Below are positions 7,738-17,697 of a DNA stretch of 64,000 nucleotides, piece by piece (position 1 is the stretch's first letter; each line of letters starts with the position of its first letter). Source of the stretch: Acidobacteriota bacterium (GTDB lineage: Bacteria; Acidobacteriota; Vicinamibacteria; Vicinamibacterales; UBA2999). The DNA lies in the NCBI GenBank assembly GCA_030650395.1, contig JAUSDY010000171.1, positions 6,554 to 70,553 on the forward strand, read 5' to 3'. Below the pieces are notes generated by a model. That model was not told where the DNA came from. It saw nothing but the letters and a program-made list of their open reading frames with translations, and made no database searches. Both the position numbers and the translations under genes were made by a program.

Positions 7738-10482
7738 CTTCACCAACTGTCTCAGCACGTACGGCAGGATGCCGCCGTGTGAGAACGCGGTGAGCTCTTC
7801 CGGCGTGTCGATGCGGGCGAGCGCGGTGAAGGTCTTGACCGAGCCGTCCTCCGCCGTCGCCATCACCGCGATCTCGGCGCGCGCCTTGAGCGACGCACCC
7901 GCGCCGGCAAACGCAAACACCTCGCGGCCGGTGAGGCCGAGCGACGCGGCGCCCTGGCCGTCCTTGAACTGCAGCGGCAGCACGCCCATGTTGACGAGGT
8001 TGCTGCGGTGAATGCGCTCGTAGCTTTCCGCCATCACCACCTTCACGCCGAGCAGCATCGTGCCCTTGGCGGCCCAGTCGCGCGACGAGCCGGAGCCGTA
8101 CTCCTTGCCGGCGATCACCACGAGCGGCACTCCGGCCGACTGATAGCTCATGGCCGCGTCATAGATGGGCATCACGTCGCCGCCCGGAAGATATGCCGTC
8201 ACGCCGCCTTCCACGCCGGGGACCATCTGGTTCTTGATCCGCGTGTTGGCAAAGGTGCCGCGCATCATCACTTCGTGGTTGCCGCGCCGGGCGCCGTAGG
8301 AATTGAAGTCCTTCGGCTCCACGCCGTGCTCGATCAGGTACTTGCCGGCGGGGCTGGCGGCCTTGATGCCGCCGGCCGGCGAGATGTGATCGGTCGTGAT
8401 GCTGTCGCCGAGCAGCGCCAGCGCGCGCGCGCCGCGAATATCCGAGGCCGGCGCCGGCGTCATCGACAGGTTCTCGAGGAACGGCGGTTTGCGAATGTAG
8501 GTCGAGGTGTTGTCCCACGCAAAGCGATCGCCGACAGGCACCGGCAGCGTCTGCCACCGCACGTCGCCGTCGAACACGCTCGCATACTGCTGGCGATACG
8601 CCTCGGACGTGACGGCATGGAGCATCGCCGCCTGGATCTCTTTTTCCGTCGGCCACACATCCTTGAGATACACGGGCTTGCCTTCGATGCCGATGCCGAG
8701 CGGCTCGGTGGTGATGTCGATCGTCATCGATCCCGCCAGCGCATAGGCGACGACCAGCGGCGGTGACGCGAGGTAATTGGCGCGCACTTCCTGCTGGATG
8801 CGGCCTTCGAAGTTGCGGTTACCGCTCAGCACCGATGCCACTACCAGGCCCCGCTCCGCGATTTCAGCCGAGACCTCCTCGGGCAGCGGGCCGCTGTTGC
8901 CGATGCAGGTGGTGCACCCGTAGCCCACCAGATTGAAGCCGATCTGATCGAGATACGTGTCGAGGCCGGCCTTCTTCAAGTAATCGGTCACGACCTTCGA
9001 CCCCGGCGCCAGGCTGGTCTTGACCCACGGCTTGCGCGTCAGCCCGAGCTCGACCGCCTTCTTGGCGACAAGACCCGCGCCGATCATCACGCTCGGATTC
9101 GACGTGTTGGTGCAGCTGGTGATCGCGGCGATCACGACCGAACCATGTTCGAGCTGCGTCGCGGTGGCAACGGCTCCCTGCCCTGACCCTTCGACAGGCT
9201 CAGGGTCACCCCGAGCGGAGCCGAGGGGTGAGCGAGCTTCGGGGTTTTCCCCGAAGCGAGTCGAAGGCACGCCCTTCTTCAAGTCCGCCAGCGCGCCGGC
9301 GAACGATGCCTTGGCCTTGGTCAACGGGACGCGGTCCTGCGGGCGACGCGGGCCCGCGAGACTGGGCACCACGGTTCCGAGATCGAGCTCCACCGATTCG
9401 GTATACACCGCGTCGGGCGACTGGGCCGTCCTGAAGAGGCCCTGCGCCTTCGCGTAGCCTTCCACCAGCGCGATCTGCCGCTCGTCGCGCCCGGTCAGGC
9501 GCAGGTATTCGAGCGTCATGTCGTCGATCGGGAACATCGCGACGGTGGCGCCATACTCGGGGCACATGTTGCCGAGCGTCACGCGGTCGGCAATCGTGAG
9601 ATGCGCGAGGCCAGGCCCGTAGAACTCGACGAACTTTCCCACCACGCCGTGCTTGCGAAGCGCTTCGGTGATCGTCAGCACGAGGTCGGTGGCGGTGGCC
9701 CCTTCGGGCAGCTTACCCGTCAGGCGATAGCCCAGCACCAGAGGAATCAGCATCGAGCTCGGCTGGCCCAGCATCGCCGCTTCGGCCTCGATGCCACCCA
9801 CGCCCCATCCAACGACCCCAAGGCCATTGACCATCGTGGTGTGCGAGTCGGTGCCGAACACCGTGTCGGGATAGGCGACCGCCGTGCCGTTGACTTCGTC
9901 GCGACAGACGACGCGCGCCAGGTATTCGATGTTGACCTGGTGCACGATGCCGGTCTCGGGCGGCACGACGCGAAAGTTGCGGAACCCGGTCTGGCCCCAG
10001 CGCAGGAACACGTAGCGCTCCCGATTGCGGTGGTACTCGAGGCTCGCGTTCAGCTCGAGCGCGTTGCTGGTGCCGAAATGATCGACCTGCACCGAGTGAT
10101 CGATCACGAGCTCGACCGGCTGCAGGGGGTTGACCTTGTGCGGATCGCCGCCGAGGGCGACGATGCCGTCACGCATGGCGGCCAGATCGACCACACAAGG
10201 CACGCCGGTGAAATCCTGCAGCAGGACCCGGGCCGGCATGAACGACATTTCCTTTTCGCCGATCGTCTTCGGATCCCACGACGCCAGCGCCGTGATGTCG
10301 GCGGCTTTCACAAAGCCGTTGTCTTCACGCCGCAACAGGTTCTCGAGCAGGATCTTGAGCGAATACGGCAGCCGCGCCACGCGGGGAAACGCCTGTTCGA
10401 GTGCGGGCAGGCTGTAGATGCTGACGGTGTCGGTGCCGATGGATAACGACGTGCGGGTCTTGAAGCTATCGAGGCTGGACAT
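7723..10482 (-). CDS. acnA: aconitate hydratase A
   Basis: [13 protein letters not shown] and [12 protein letters not shown] Fe-S ligand motifs, full-length aconitase/IRP architecture. ATG 10482 is preceded by AGGAG; the upstream ORF extension to 10566 overlaps the neighbouring gene. Confidence 0.95.
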   Translation of the reverse strand: MSSLDSFKTRTSLSIGTDTVSIYSLPALEQAFPRVARLPYSLKILLENLLRREDNGFVKAADITALASWDPKTIGEKEMSFMPARVLLQDFTGVPCVVDLAAMRDGIVALGGDPHKVNPLQPVELVIDHSVQVDHFGTSNALELNASLEYHRNRERYVFLRWGQTGFRNFRVVPPETGIVHQVNIEYLARVVCRDEVNGTAVAYPDTVFGTDSHTTMVNGLGVVGWGVGGIEAEAAMLGQPSSMLIPLVLGYRLTGKLPEGATATDLVLTITEALRKHGVVGKFVEFYGPGLAHLTIADRVTLGNMCPEYGATVAMFPIDDMTLEYLRLTGRDERQIALVEGYAKAQGLFRTAQSPDAVYTESVELDLGTVVPSLAGPRRPQDRVPLTKAKASFAGALADLKKGVPSTRFGENPEARSPLGSARGDPEPVEGSGQGAVATATQLEHGSVVIAAITSCTNTSNPSVMIGAGLVAKKAVELGLTRKPWVKTSLAPGSKVVTDYLKKAGLDTYLDQIGFNLVGYGCTTCIGNSGPLPEEVSAEIAERGLVVASVLSGNRNFEGRIQQEVRANYLASPPLVVAYALAGSMTIDITTEPLGIGIEGKPVYLKDVWPTEKEIQAAMLHAVTSEAYRQQYASVFDGDVRWQTLPVPVGDRFAWDNTSTYIRKPPFLENLSMTPAPASDIRGARALALLGDSITTDHISPAGGIKAASPAGKYLIEHGVEPKDFNSYGARRGNHEVMMRGTFANTRIKNQMVPGVEGGVTAYLPGGDVMPIYDAAMSYQSAGVPLVVIAGKEYGSGSSRDWAAKGTMLLGVKVVMAESYERIHRSNLVNMGVLPLQFKDGQGAASLGLTGREVFAFAGAGASLKARAEIAVMATAEDGSVKTFTALARIDTPEELTAFSHGGILPYVLRQLVKQVES
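9188..9267. repeat. compound palindromic element inside acnA coding sequence
   Basis: ccttcgacaggctcaggg + tcaccccgagc-gga-gccgaggggtga + gcgagc + ttcgggg-tttt-ccccgaa + gcgagtcgaagg. Translated in frame as ...[23 protein letters not shown]... Confidence 0.8.
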
Positions 10483-10489
10483 GATGGCG

Positions 10490-12046
10490 CTAACGCTCCT
10501 GAGGTAACCCTCCAAGTCTATCAAGGAACCCGCGTGCGACCTCGGCGGGGTCCTGCTTGCCTTCATCGACGGCGCGGTTCATCTTTCGCATTTCAGCGGC
10601 CGGGATGCGACCGTCGAGGGCGCGCAGCGCCTCGGCCACCTGCGGATGCTTCAGCAGCAGCGCGGCTCGCGCCACCGGCGCCGCGTCATACACGGGAAAA
10701 TATCGTCGATCGTCGTCCAGCACGACGAGGCCGAGCGCGTCGATCAGGCCGCTGGTCGCGTCGCCCGCCGTGACGTCGATCTCGCCCGCCGCTACGGCGC
10801 GGTAGATCAAATTGAGATCCATGACCCGCGGCGCATCCGCAAACTGCAGCCCGTACGCGGCGCTCAGGCCCTTGAACCCGTCTGGCCGCTCCAGAAACTC
10901 GTAGCCAAAGCCCGCCCTCCAGGGCCGGGCATTTTCGCGGCTGCTCTTTGCCAGATCACTCACGGTCTTCAATCCGTACTTCTGCGCATCGTCTCGCCGC
11001 ACCAGAATCGCAAACGTGTTGTTGAACCCCAACCGCGGCAGCAGCGTCAGCCCAAGTGCCGCGTAGCGGTCGCGCACGCGCGCCAAGACCGCGGTGGAAT
11101 CCGTCGACGGCGGATCGTTGAAGATCGCGGTCAGCGCCGTGCCGGTGTATTCGACGTAGACGTCGATGCCTTCGCTCAGCAGCGCTTCGTGGGCGATCGC
11201 GGTGCCGCCAAGATTCAGGCGGCGCTCGACCGTCAGGCCGGTCTGCCGTTCGATCGCCTGCGCCAGCAACTCGCCGAGCACGACCTGTTCGGTGAAGTTC
11301 TTCGACCCCACGATGACATCCGCACGCCGCGTCGATGCGGTGCCCCACCATGCGCCAGCCAGCACTATCAATACCAGCGCGGCCAGCACGACCACGCCAC
11401 GCCGCGATCGGCGTCGCGGATCAGCCAGCCTGGCGGCCGAGGCCAAGGCGCCATCGGCCAGCAGCGCGAGTAACGCGGCGGGCAATGCACCGGCGAAGAT
11501 CACCGTGCGATCCACCATCGCAAGGCCGCGGAAAATGTAGTCGCCCAGGCCACCGGCGCCGATCGCCGACGCGATGGTGGCGGTGCCGACGCCGATCACC
11601 ACGGCGACACGCAGGCCCGACACGATCGCGGGGAGCGCCAGCGGCCACTCGACTTGACGCAACACCTGCCGCGTCGTCAGGCCCATCGCCACGGCACATT
11701 CCACGACGGCGGCCGGCACGCCCTGAATTCCCGAGATGGTGCCGCGCAGAATCGGCAACACCGCATAGACGGTCAGCGCGACCAGCGCGGTGCGCGTGCC
11801 AATGCCACCGAACAATGGCAGCGGGATGAGAAACCCGAACAGCGCCAGGCTCGGGATGGTTTGAGCGAGGTTGACGAGGGCGACGATCGGCTTCGCAATC
11901 GAGGGCCGTCGCGCGGCCACGATGCCCAGCGGGATGCCGAGGGCCGCCGCGATGGCCGTCGAGACCGCGACGAGCACGACGTGCTCGCCGATCCGCGTGG
12001 CCATCTCTGCGCGGTGTGACGCGATGAACGCCAGCAGCTCGCTCAT
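10490..12046 (-). CDS. osmoprotectant (glycine betaine/choline type) ABC transporter, fused permease + substrate-binding protein
   Basis: N-terminal ~210 aa form a multi-TM BPD permease. The C-terminal part is an OpuC/ProX-like binding domain ([20 protein letters not shown]...[10 protein letters not shown]). Confidence 0.8.
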   Translation of the reverse strand: MSELLAFIASHRAEMATRIGEHVVLVAVSTAIAAALGIPLGIVAARRPSIAKPIVALVNLAQTIPSLALFGFLIPLPLFGGIGTRTALVALTVYAVLPILRGTISGIQGVPAAVVECAVAMGLTTRQVLRQVEWPLALPAIVSGLRVAVVIGVGTATIASAIGAGGLGDYIFRGLAMVDRTVIFAGALPAALLALLADGALASAARLADPRRRSRRGVVVLAALVLIVLAGAWWGTASTRRADVIVGSKNFTEQVVLGELLAQAIERQTGLTVERRLNLGGTAIAHEALLSEGIDVYVEYTGTALTAIFNDPPSTDSTAVLARVRDRYAALGLTLLPRLGFNNTFAILVRRDDAQKYGLKTVSDLAKSSRENARPWRAGFGYEFLERPDGFKGLSAAYGLQFADAPRVMDLNLIYRAVAAGEIDVTAGDATSGLIDALGLVVLDDDRRYFPVYDAAPVARAALLLKHPQVAEALRALDGRIPAAEMRKMNRAVDEGKQDPAEVARGFLDRLGGLPQER

Positions 12047-12783
12047 CGCTCGAGTGGAACCTCACCGAACAACGAGAGCACCCGTGGATCCGCCGACGCG
12101 CGCACGCGATCCGGCGTATCAACGGCGATCACGCGGCCCTCATCCAGCACGGCGATCCGATCCGCCAGCGCAGACGCTTCGGCGATGTCGTGCGTGACAA
12201 TCAGCACCGTGCGATGCAACGACCGTTGCACGCGGCGGAACTCGGCGTGCAGCTCGCGCTTGGTGATGACGTCGAGCGCGCCGAACGGCTCGTCCATCAG
12301 CACCACCGCGGGGTCCGCCGCCAGCGCCCGTGCCAGCCCGACGCGCTGCCGCTGTCCGCCCGACAATTGATCGGGCCAGCGCCGGCTGAAGTCCGCGGGG
12401 TCGAGCCCAACCATCGCCAGCAGCTCGCCGACGCGCGCCTGCACGCGCGACTCGGGCCAGTCGAGCAGCCGCGGCACCGTGGCAATGTTGTCGGCGACGG
12501 TGAAATGCGGAAACAGGCCGACATCCTGGATCACGTATCCCGTGCGACGACGGAGCGCGATCGGGTCCCACTCGCGGGTATCGCGGCCGTCGACGTCGAC
12601 TCGCCCGCGATCCGGATCGAGCAGGCGGTTGACGAGCCGGAGCAGCGTGGTCTTGCCGGATCCGCTGCGGCCGACGAGGGCGAGCGTTTCGCCGGCGTCG
12701 ATCGACAGCGACACGTCGTGCAGCACACCGCGGCCGCCTCGACTCGCTGCGACGTCCGCGAATTGGACGGCCGGCATGCTCAT
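12043..12783 (-). CDS. ABC transporter ATP-binding protein (osmoprotectant uptake system)
   Basis: Walker A GRSGSGKTT, signature LSGGQRQRV, Walker B VLMDEPFGALD. ATG 12783 (MSMPAVQF) was chosen; the longer ORF to 13224 overlaps the neighbouring gene. The stop overlaps the permease start. Confidence 0.9.
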   Translation of the reverse strand: MSMPAVQFADVAASRGGRGVLHDVSLSIDAGETLALVGRSGSGKTTLLRLVNRLLDPDRGRVDVDGRDTREWDPIALRRRTGYVIQDVGLFPHFTVADNIATVPRLLDWPESRVQARVGELLAMVGLDPADFSRRWPDQLSGGQRQRVGLARALAADPAVVLMDEPFGALDVITKRELHAEFRRVQRSLHRTVLIVTHDIAEASALADRIAVLDEGRVIAVDTPDRVRASADPRVLSLFGEVPLER

Positions 12784-12793
12784 GGGTGTAACA

Positions 12794-12818
12794 GTAGGGC
12801 ACCCCTTTATGGGGTGCC
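12794..12818 (+). repeat. GTAG-headed stem-loop (REP-like), GGCACCCC stem
   Basis: gtag-ggcacccc-tttat-ggggtgcc. An identical 25-mer occurs at 22802-22826. Confidence 0.9.
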
Positions 12819-12835
12819 ACATAATCATTGGCCCG

Positions 12836-13522
12836 CTAGAACTCGAAAAAAACGAACGCAGAGACGGTTGGAAACGTCCGGGTCCGATTATCGAAGTCGA
12901 TGCCGTCCTTCTTCCAGGTCGCGCGCGCGTCGGCGCGAACGCCGAGCGAGCGCCTGGTGCCGCTGCCGCCCCGGATCCAGTACCGCACGCCACCGCCGGC
13001 GTAATAGATCTGCCCGGTTTCCACCAGCGTGCGCCCTTCATGAAGCTGCCGCAGGTAACCGCCCCCCCCCGACACAAACGGCCGCGCGCGGCGGCCGAAG
13101 CGAAACGGCAGCTGCCAGACTGCGCCGGCATCGAACGCGTACTGCTGGAGCTCTTCACCCTCGAGCACCTGCGCCGCGACTTCAGGATCGGCGCTGATCG
13201 CGGTGCTGACTCTCGGCTTGGCAAACGCGCCGCCGATTTCCACGACGAGGTTCCTGGTCACCGCGAACCCGACGCGCCCTTCCAGACCGGCGATCGACGC
13301 CACGGTTGATGCCGCCGAAAACAGCGTGAACGGCGGCGGCGAGGCGCCGACGACGCTCGACCTCAAGATCGCGTTCCGGGTCCCGACCGGATAACTCCCC
13401 GACCACGTCACTCCCCCGCTCACGGTCGCGCGATGGGCACGCAGCGTTGGGGGCTCGGCACTCTGCGCGCTCGCGGTGGAACTGAGCACCAGCACGATTA
13501 GGCACGCTGTGCGCAGCGTCAC
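12836..13522 (-). CDS. small outer-membrane beta-barrel protein
   Basis: Signal peptide (LIVLVLSSTASAQS), alternating-hydrophobicity strands, C-terminal FVFFEF aromatic terminus. The GTG start overlaps the upstream stop (GTGA). Confidence 0.6.
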   Translation of the reverse strand: MTLRTACLIVLVLSSTASAQSAEPPTLRAHRATVSGGVTWSGSYPVGTRNAILRSSVVGASPPPFTLFSAASTVASIAGLEGRVGFAVTRNLVVEIGGAFAKPRVSTAISADPEVAAQVLEGEELQQYAFDAGAVWQLPFRFGRRARPFVSGGGGYLRQLHEGRTLVETGQIYYAGGGVRYWIRGGSGTRRSLGVRADARATWKKDGIDFDNRTRTFPTVSAFVFFEF

Positions 13523-14505
13523 TTCGGGGGAACCTTGATCTCGATTGAGGCCGATGAACCGCCTTTAGGCGCGACTACCATGCGAGACGCGTACGTGACG
13601 CGGAAGTCGGTGTCGATGGCGGTTGAAAAAAAACTATCGATCTCCGCATCGTCCAGCGGCTCGACCCGCAGTAGGTACGGACCCGGCGCCAGGCGGACCA
13701 TGGCGAATTCGCCGCTCATGTTCAGGGAGAAATTGCCGACCAGCGCTCCGCTCTCGGGATTGAACGCCACGACGTGCGCACCCAACAGGCCCTGCCCGTT
13801 CTTCGTGACGCGGCCGGTGATGCCGCCGGTGGACTCGACCTGGCCCGCGGCCGGATAGAGATCCGATATCCCCGCGATGTCGTCGGGCTGCAGCACGCGA
13901 TCGGCAATTGCGCCGGCGGTCATCGCGATCGGGAACATCACGGCACCCGAGGCCAGCACACGACGGCCTCCGGTGCCGGTGCGCTCGGTTTCGCCGAGCG
14001 CCGAGTGGCCGAGGCCGAGCAGGTGCCCGAGCTCGTGCAGCACCACCGACTCGAGGTCGACACGGCCGGCTTCCCCCTGCGGCGACACCGACCAGGTGAA
14101 GCGGGTGTTAAAAAACACGTCGGCCTCGACGATCGCGCCGTTGGTCGTATCGATCAGGAAGCTGGTGGATCCGAGCACGCGATCGAGATCGGGACGATCG
14201 AGAAAGCCGAGCGTGGTCCGCCCGTCTGCGCCGCCCGGCGCGACCGACGTGGCGCCGAGGAATTCGAAGCGGACGGTCGCGGACGGCACGGCCTGCCACG
14301 TCGCCGTCGCACGACTGATGGCGCCCCGCAGGTCGGCCGCCGTGGCGCCGGTGCCGTCTCGATCGGACACAAAATAGCGGACGGGCTGACGCCACGACAC
14401 GTCGATCACCTGGCCGCCGATGGCGGCCCCAAGCTTCAGATACGCCTGCGCGGGCGACTGTGAAGAAAGAATGATCGCAACGATCGCGAACCAGACCCGC
14501 TTCAA
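13519..14505 (-). CDS. secreted matrixin-like (M10) zinc metalloprotease with C-terminal CarboxypepD_reg-like beta-sandwich
   Basis: HELGHLLGLGH (HExxHxxGxxH) plus a downstream Met-turn (AVMFP). C-terminal GRVTKNGQGLLGAHVVAF...YLLRVEP. TTG 14505 gives signal peptide MKRVWFAIVAIILSSQSPAQA and overlaps the upstream stop (TTGA). Confidence 0.7.
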   Translation of the reverse strand: MKRVWFAIVAIILSSQSPAQAYLKLGAAIGGQVIDVSWRQPVRYFVSDRDGTGATAADLRGAISRATATWQAVPSATVRFEFLGATSVAPGGADGRTTLGFLDRPDLDRVLGSTSFLIDTTNGAIVEADVFFNTRFTWSVSPQGEAGRVDLESVVLHELGHLLGLGHSALGETERTGTGGRRVLASGAVMFPIAMTAGAIADRVLQPDDIAGISDLYPAAGQVESTGGITGRVTKNGQGLLGAHVVAFNPESGALVGNFSLNMSGEFAMVRLAPGPYLLRVEPLDDAEIDSFFSTAIDTDFRVTYASRMVVAPKGGSSASIEIKVPPK

Positions 14506-15041
14506 CGCACCACCTGCTTCACCGCGCGCACTGCCGCCTCGAACGACGCGAGCGGCACCGGCTTTCGCATCACATCGCCGCGAATGATGCGCCGATCCGC
14601 CGCATCGATCGCCGGCGGGAGCACCAGGGCCGAGCCGGTCCGTGCGTCGACGGTCACCCGGTAAATGCCCTGGGTGAACCCGGTTGTGATCGGCAGGCGC
14701 GGGCCGCGCGCCGTCAGGAACAGCACCGCGCGATCGCCGCGCGCGAACGACGGCGCGCCCGGAACGAGATTCAGGTAAGGCCCGACCTGCCCGCCAGGCA
14801 CCGTGAACGTCAGCGTCTCGCCCGGCGATCCCTTGTAGCGCCCCACCACCTCGATGGTGACCAGGCTGTCGATGCGGCGCCGATCGTCGGACCACCGCCC
14901 CTGAACATCCGACACGCGCCCGTAGACGACGGTGGTCGACTCGTTGACGAGCTCATCGAAGCTGAGCGGTGCCACGGTGACGGCGCCGGCCCGCGCGGTG
15001 AGCGCGAGGCAGATCACGACGATCCCGACACTACGCGACAT
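14502..15041 (-). CDS. hypothetical secreted protein
   Basis: High-GC3 ORF with signal peptide MSRSVGIVVICLALTARAGA. No recognisable domain. The start could also be 15071 or 15059. It overlaps the lpxB 3' end by 11 nt. Confidence 0.5.
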   Translation of the reverse strand: MSRSVGIVVICLALTARAGAVTVAPLSFDELVNESTTVVYGRVSDVQGRWSDDRRRIDSLVTIEVVGRYKGSPGETLTFTVPGGQVGPYLNLVPGAPSFARGDRAVLFLTARGPRLPITTGFTQGIYRVTVDARTGSALVLPPAIDAADRRIIRGDVMRKPVPLASFEAAVRAVKQVVR

Positions 15042-16173
15042 GCTGCGAGTGTACGACATGCAGAACGGCATCGGCGGCCCGCGCGCTGGCGCCGGGGCCG
15101 CCCAGCCGGCTTCGCACTTCGGCGAGCTTGCCCGTCATGCGTTGTCGATAGCCGGTGTCGGTCAGCAGCTTCACCGTTTCAGTTGCCACGGCCTCGCCGG
15201 TGCACGCATCCTGGATTAACTCCACGACCACGCGCTCGCCGGCGATCAGGTTCACCATCGCGTAGATGTCGACGCGCGCCAGCGGCTTGCCGAGCCGATA
15301 GGTCATCGGCGACAGCTTGTAGAGCACGACCATCGGTTTACCGTGCAGCGCCGTTTGCACCGTCGCGGTGCCCGACGCGGTGACGACCGCATCGCTCGCG
15401 TTCAGCACATCGTCGGTCTGGCCCTCGACGATCCGTACGGTGAGGCCGGGCACGCCGAAGCCCTCGAACAACCGATCGGAGAGGTGTGGCGCCCGGGCGA
15501 CGATGAATTGCACGTTGGGAACGTGCCGGGCGACGAGGGGCGCGGCTTCGATCATCACCGGCGCCAGCCGGGTCAGCTCATTCGGACGGCTGCCGGGCAG
15601 CACCGCCACGACCGGCGCCGCCGGGTCGAGATGTAGGCCGCGCAGGAATTCGTCCCGCGAGCGGGACGGCTTCGCGAGGTCGACGAGCGGATGCCCGACG
15701 AAGCGGACGTCGATGTGTTCGCGGCTGTAGATCGCTTCCTCGAACGGGAAGATCGGCAGCACGCAGTCGACAAGCTTCTTCATCGTCTTGATGCGGCCGG
15801 CGCGCCAGGCCCACAGCTGCGGGCTGACGTAATAGATCACCGGCACGCCGAGCCGCTTCACCGCCGCCATCAGCCGGAAATTGAAGTCGGGATAGTCGAT
15901 CACAACGAGGGCGTCAGGCTTCTGCGTTCGTGCGGCTTCGACCAGCGTCTTCATGGTCGACCACGAGCGCGGCAGCACGCGCAACGCCTCGGTGAGGCCG
16001 GTCACCGACAACCCGTCGAAGTTGGCGATCAGCCGGCCGCCGGCAGCCTGCAATCGCTCGCCGCCGAGCCCGAACACGTCGATGTCGGGCTCGCGGCTGC
16101 GAAGCGCGGCGACCAGCGCCCCGGCGTAGAGATCGCCGGACGGCTCGCCGCACGAGATCATCAGTCGGGTCAT
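15031..16173 (-). CDS. lpxB: lipid-A-disaccharide synthase
   Basis: N-terminal ISCGEPSGDLYAG signature and GT19-family length. The start is taken at MTRLMISCGE. Confidence 0.9.
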   Translation of the reverse strand: MTRLMISCGEPSGDLYAGALVAALRSREPDIDVFGLGGERLQAAGGRLIANFDGLSVTGLTEALRVLPRSWSTMKTLVEAARTQKPDALVVIDYPDFNFRLMAAVKRLGVPVIYYVSPQLWAWRAGRIKTMKKLVDCVLPIFPFEEAIYSREHIDVRFVGHPLVDLAKPSRSRDEFLRGLHLDPAAPVVAVLPGSRPNELTRLAPVMIEAAPLVARHVPNVQFIVARAPHLSDRLFEGFGVPGLTVRIVEGQTDDVLNASDAVVTASGTATVQTALHGKPMVVLYKLSPMTYRLGKPLARVDIYAMVNLIAGERVVVELIQDACTGEAVATETVKLLTDTGYRQRMTGKLAEVRSRLGGPGASARAADAVLHVVHSQHVA

Positions 16174-16183
16174 TCGCGCTCGC

Positions 16184-16213
16184 GTGGGGACCAACCTGAA
16201 GGTTTGTCCCTAC
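16184..16213 (+). repeat. GTGG-headed stem-loop (REP-like), GACAAACC-type stem
   Basis: gtgg-ggaccaacc-tgaa-ggtttgtcc-ctac. The terminal CTAC is the complement of the TAG stop of the M16 gene (16210-12). Confidence 0.85.
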
Positions 16214-17697
16214 TTTTGTGCGGGAGCCCCCGTGCGCCGCTGGAAATCCGCGGACAGCAGGTCTACCTTCTCGATCGGGATGCGTTCGTAGTCGCCGAAG
16301 CCGATGCCCTTGAGGTCTTTCACGAACGCGTCGGCATTGCCGACCAGCACGACCGACAGTTGCGCCGGCCGGATCAACCACCGCGCGACGCGCTGAATCT
16401 CTTCGGGCGAGACCCGCATCACGCGCTCGCGGTACCGCGGCAGGTCTTCAACTGGCAGCTCGTAGAATAGCTGGTTGAGCACCTGCGTGGCGATCGCGTC
16501 GGGCACCTCGATAGTGAGCGGAAAGTGGCCGACCATGTAGTCCTGGGCGCCGCGCAGCTCTTCGTCGTAGACGCGCTCGCGCTGCAGGCGTGAGAACTCA
16601 TCCACCACCACCCGCAACGCCTCGGCGGTCTTCGAGGTCTGCGTGTCGGTTTCGGCGATCACCGCGCCGGCCATCTTGAAGGTGTCGAGATCCGCTGAGG
16701 CGCCGTAGGTCAGCTGCCGCTGCGAGCGCAGCACCTGCTGGAGCCGGTTCGCGCCCTCGCCGCCGAGAATCTTGACGGCCTGATCGATCGCCTCGTAGTC
16801 GTTGTGCTTACGCGGAATCGCGATATGCCCGACCCGGATCTCGGTCTGCACCGCGTCTTTCTTGTCGATGACGATCACGCGCTTGGTCGCGTCCGGCGGC
16901 TCAGTGACGTTGGCCGTGGGCACCGTGCCGGGCTTCCAGCCGCCGAAATACTTCTCGAGCCCCTTGATCGCCTCGTTGGGGTCGATGTCGCCGACCACCG
17001 CAATGAGGGCGTTGTTCGGCACGAAGTAGCTGCGGTGAAACTCGACGAAGTCGGCGCGGCTCAGCGACGCCAGCGATTCGGCCGTGCCGTTGCCGGGCAA
17101 GCCGTACGGATGGAAGCCGTAAATCAAGCGGTCGATGACCTGGCCCGCAACGGAATCCGGATCCTCGGCGGAGACCTTCAGCGCCGACAGCGCCTGCTGC
17201 CGCTGCCGATCGATTTCCTCCTGGCTAAACGTCGGCCGCTGCACCACGTCCGACATCAGCTCGAGCGCCACCTCGTAGCTGTCTTTCATCACGATGGCGT
17301 TGACGAAGCTGAGGTCGCTGCCGGCGCCCGTGCCGAGCACGCCGCCGATGAAGTCGATGGTGTCGGCAATCTGCTCGGCGGTGCGCTTGCCGGCACCCTG
17401 GTCGAGCAGCGTCGCCGTCAACATCGCCACACCGAACTTGTTCTTCGGGTCCTGCGCGGCGCCCGCCTTGATGATCATCCGCACGCTGATCACCGGCTGT
17501 TCGTTCTGGCTGACCAGCACCACTTGCAGGCCATTGGCGAGCTTGCGGATCTCGTACGACGGGAACGTCACCGGCCGCGCCGCCAACGGCCGCGGCGGGT
17601 TCTCCCGGGGCCAATTGGACGAGGAAACGACTTGCGCCATCATCATCGCCGTCGCGGCCGACAAAAAACCAAACGTGACGAGCGTCTTCAGTCTCAC
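16210..17697 (-). CDS. M16 (pitrilysin) family peptidase, non-catalytic-type subunit
   Basis: Insulinase-like two-domain layout with signal peptide and no HxxEH motif. 4-nt overlap with the upstream M16 gene. Confidence 0.8.
   Translation of the reverse strand: MRLKTLVTFGFLSAATAMMMAQVVSSSNWPRENPPRPLAARPVTFPSYEIRKLANGLQVVLVSQNEQPVISVRMIIKAGAAQDPKNKFGVAMLTATLLDQGAGKRTAEQIADTIDFIGGVLGTGAGSDLSFVNAIVMKDSYEVALELMSDVVQRPTFSQEEIDRQRQQALSALKVSAEDPDSVAGQVIDRLIYGFHPYGLPGNGTAESLASLSRADFVEFHRSYFVPNNALIAVVGDIDPNEAIKGLEKYFGGWKPGTVPTANVTEPPDATKRVIVIDKKDAVQTEIRVGHIAIPRKHNDYEAIDQAVKILGGEGANRLQQVLRSQRQLTYGASADLDTFKMAGAVIAETDTQTSKTAEALRVVVDEFSRLQRERVYDEELRGAQDYMVGHFPLTIEVPDAIATQVLNQLFYELPVEDLPRYRERVMRVSPEEIQRVARWLIRPAQLSVVLVGNADAFVKDLKGIGFGDYERIPIEKVDLLSADFQRRTGAPAQK

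Noticed and set aside
12784-13224. N-terminal extensions of several ORFs in the six-frame track (12043-13224, 13519-14895, 19076-20440, 56499-57929, 20885-22003, 48901-50703, 7723-10566)
   Set aside because: The extensions overlap upstream genes, are Arg/Pro-rich with poor GC3 and precede clear homology-supported starts (signal peptides, conserved N-termini, Shine-Dalgarno sequences). Shorter gene models were used.
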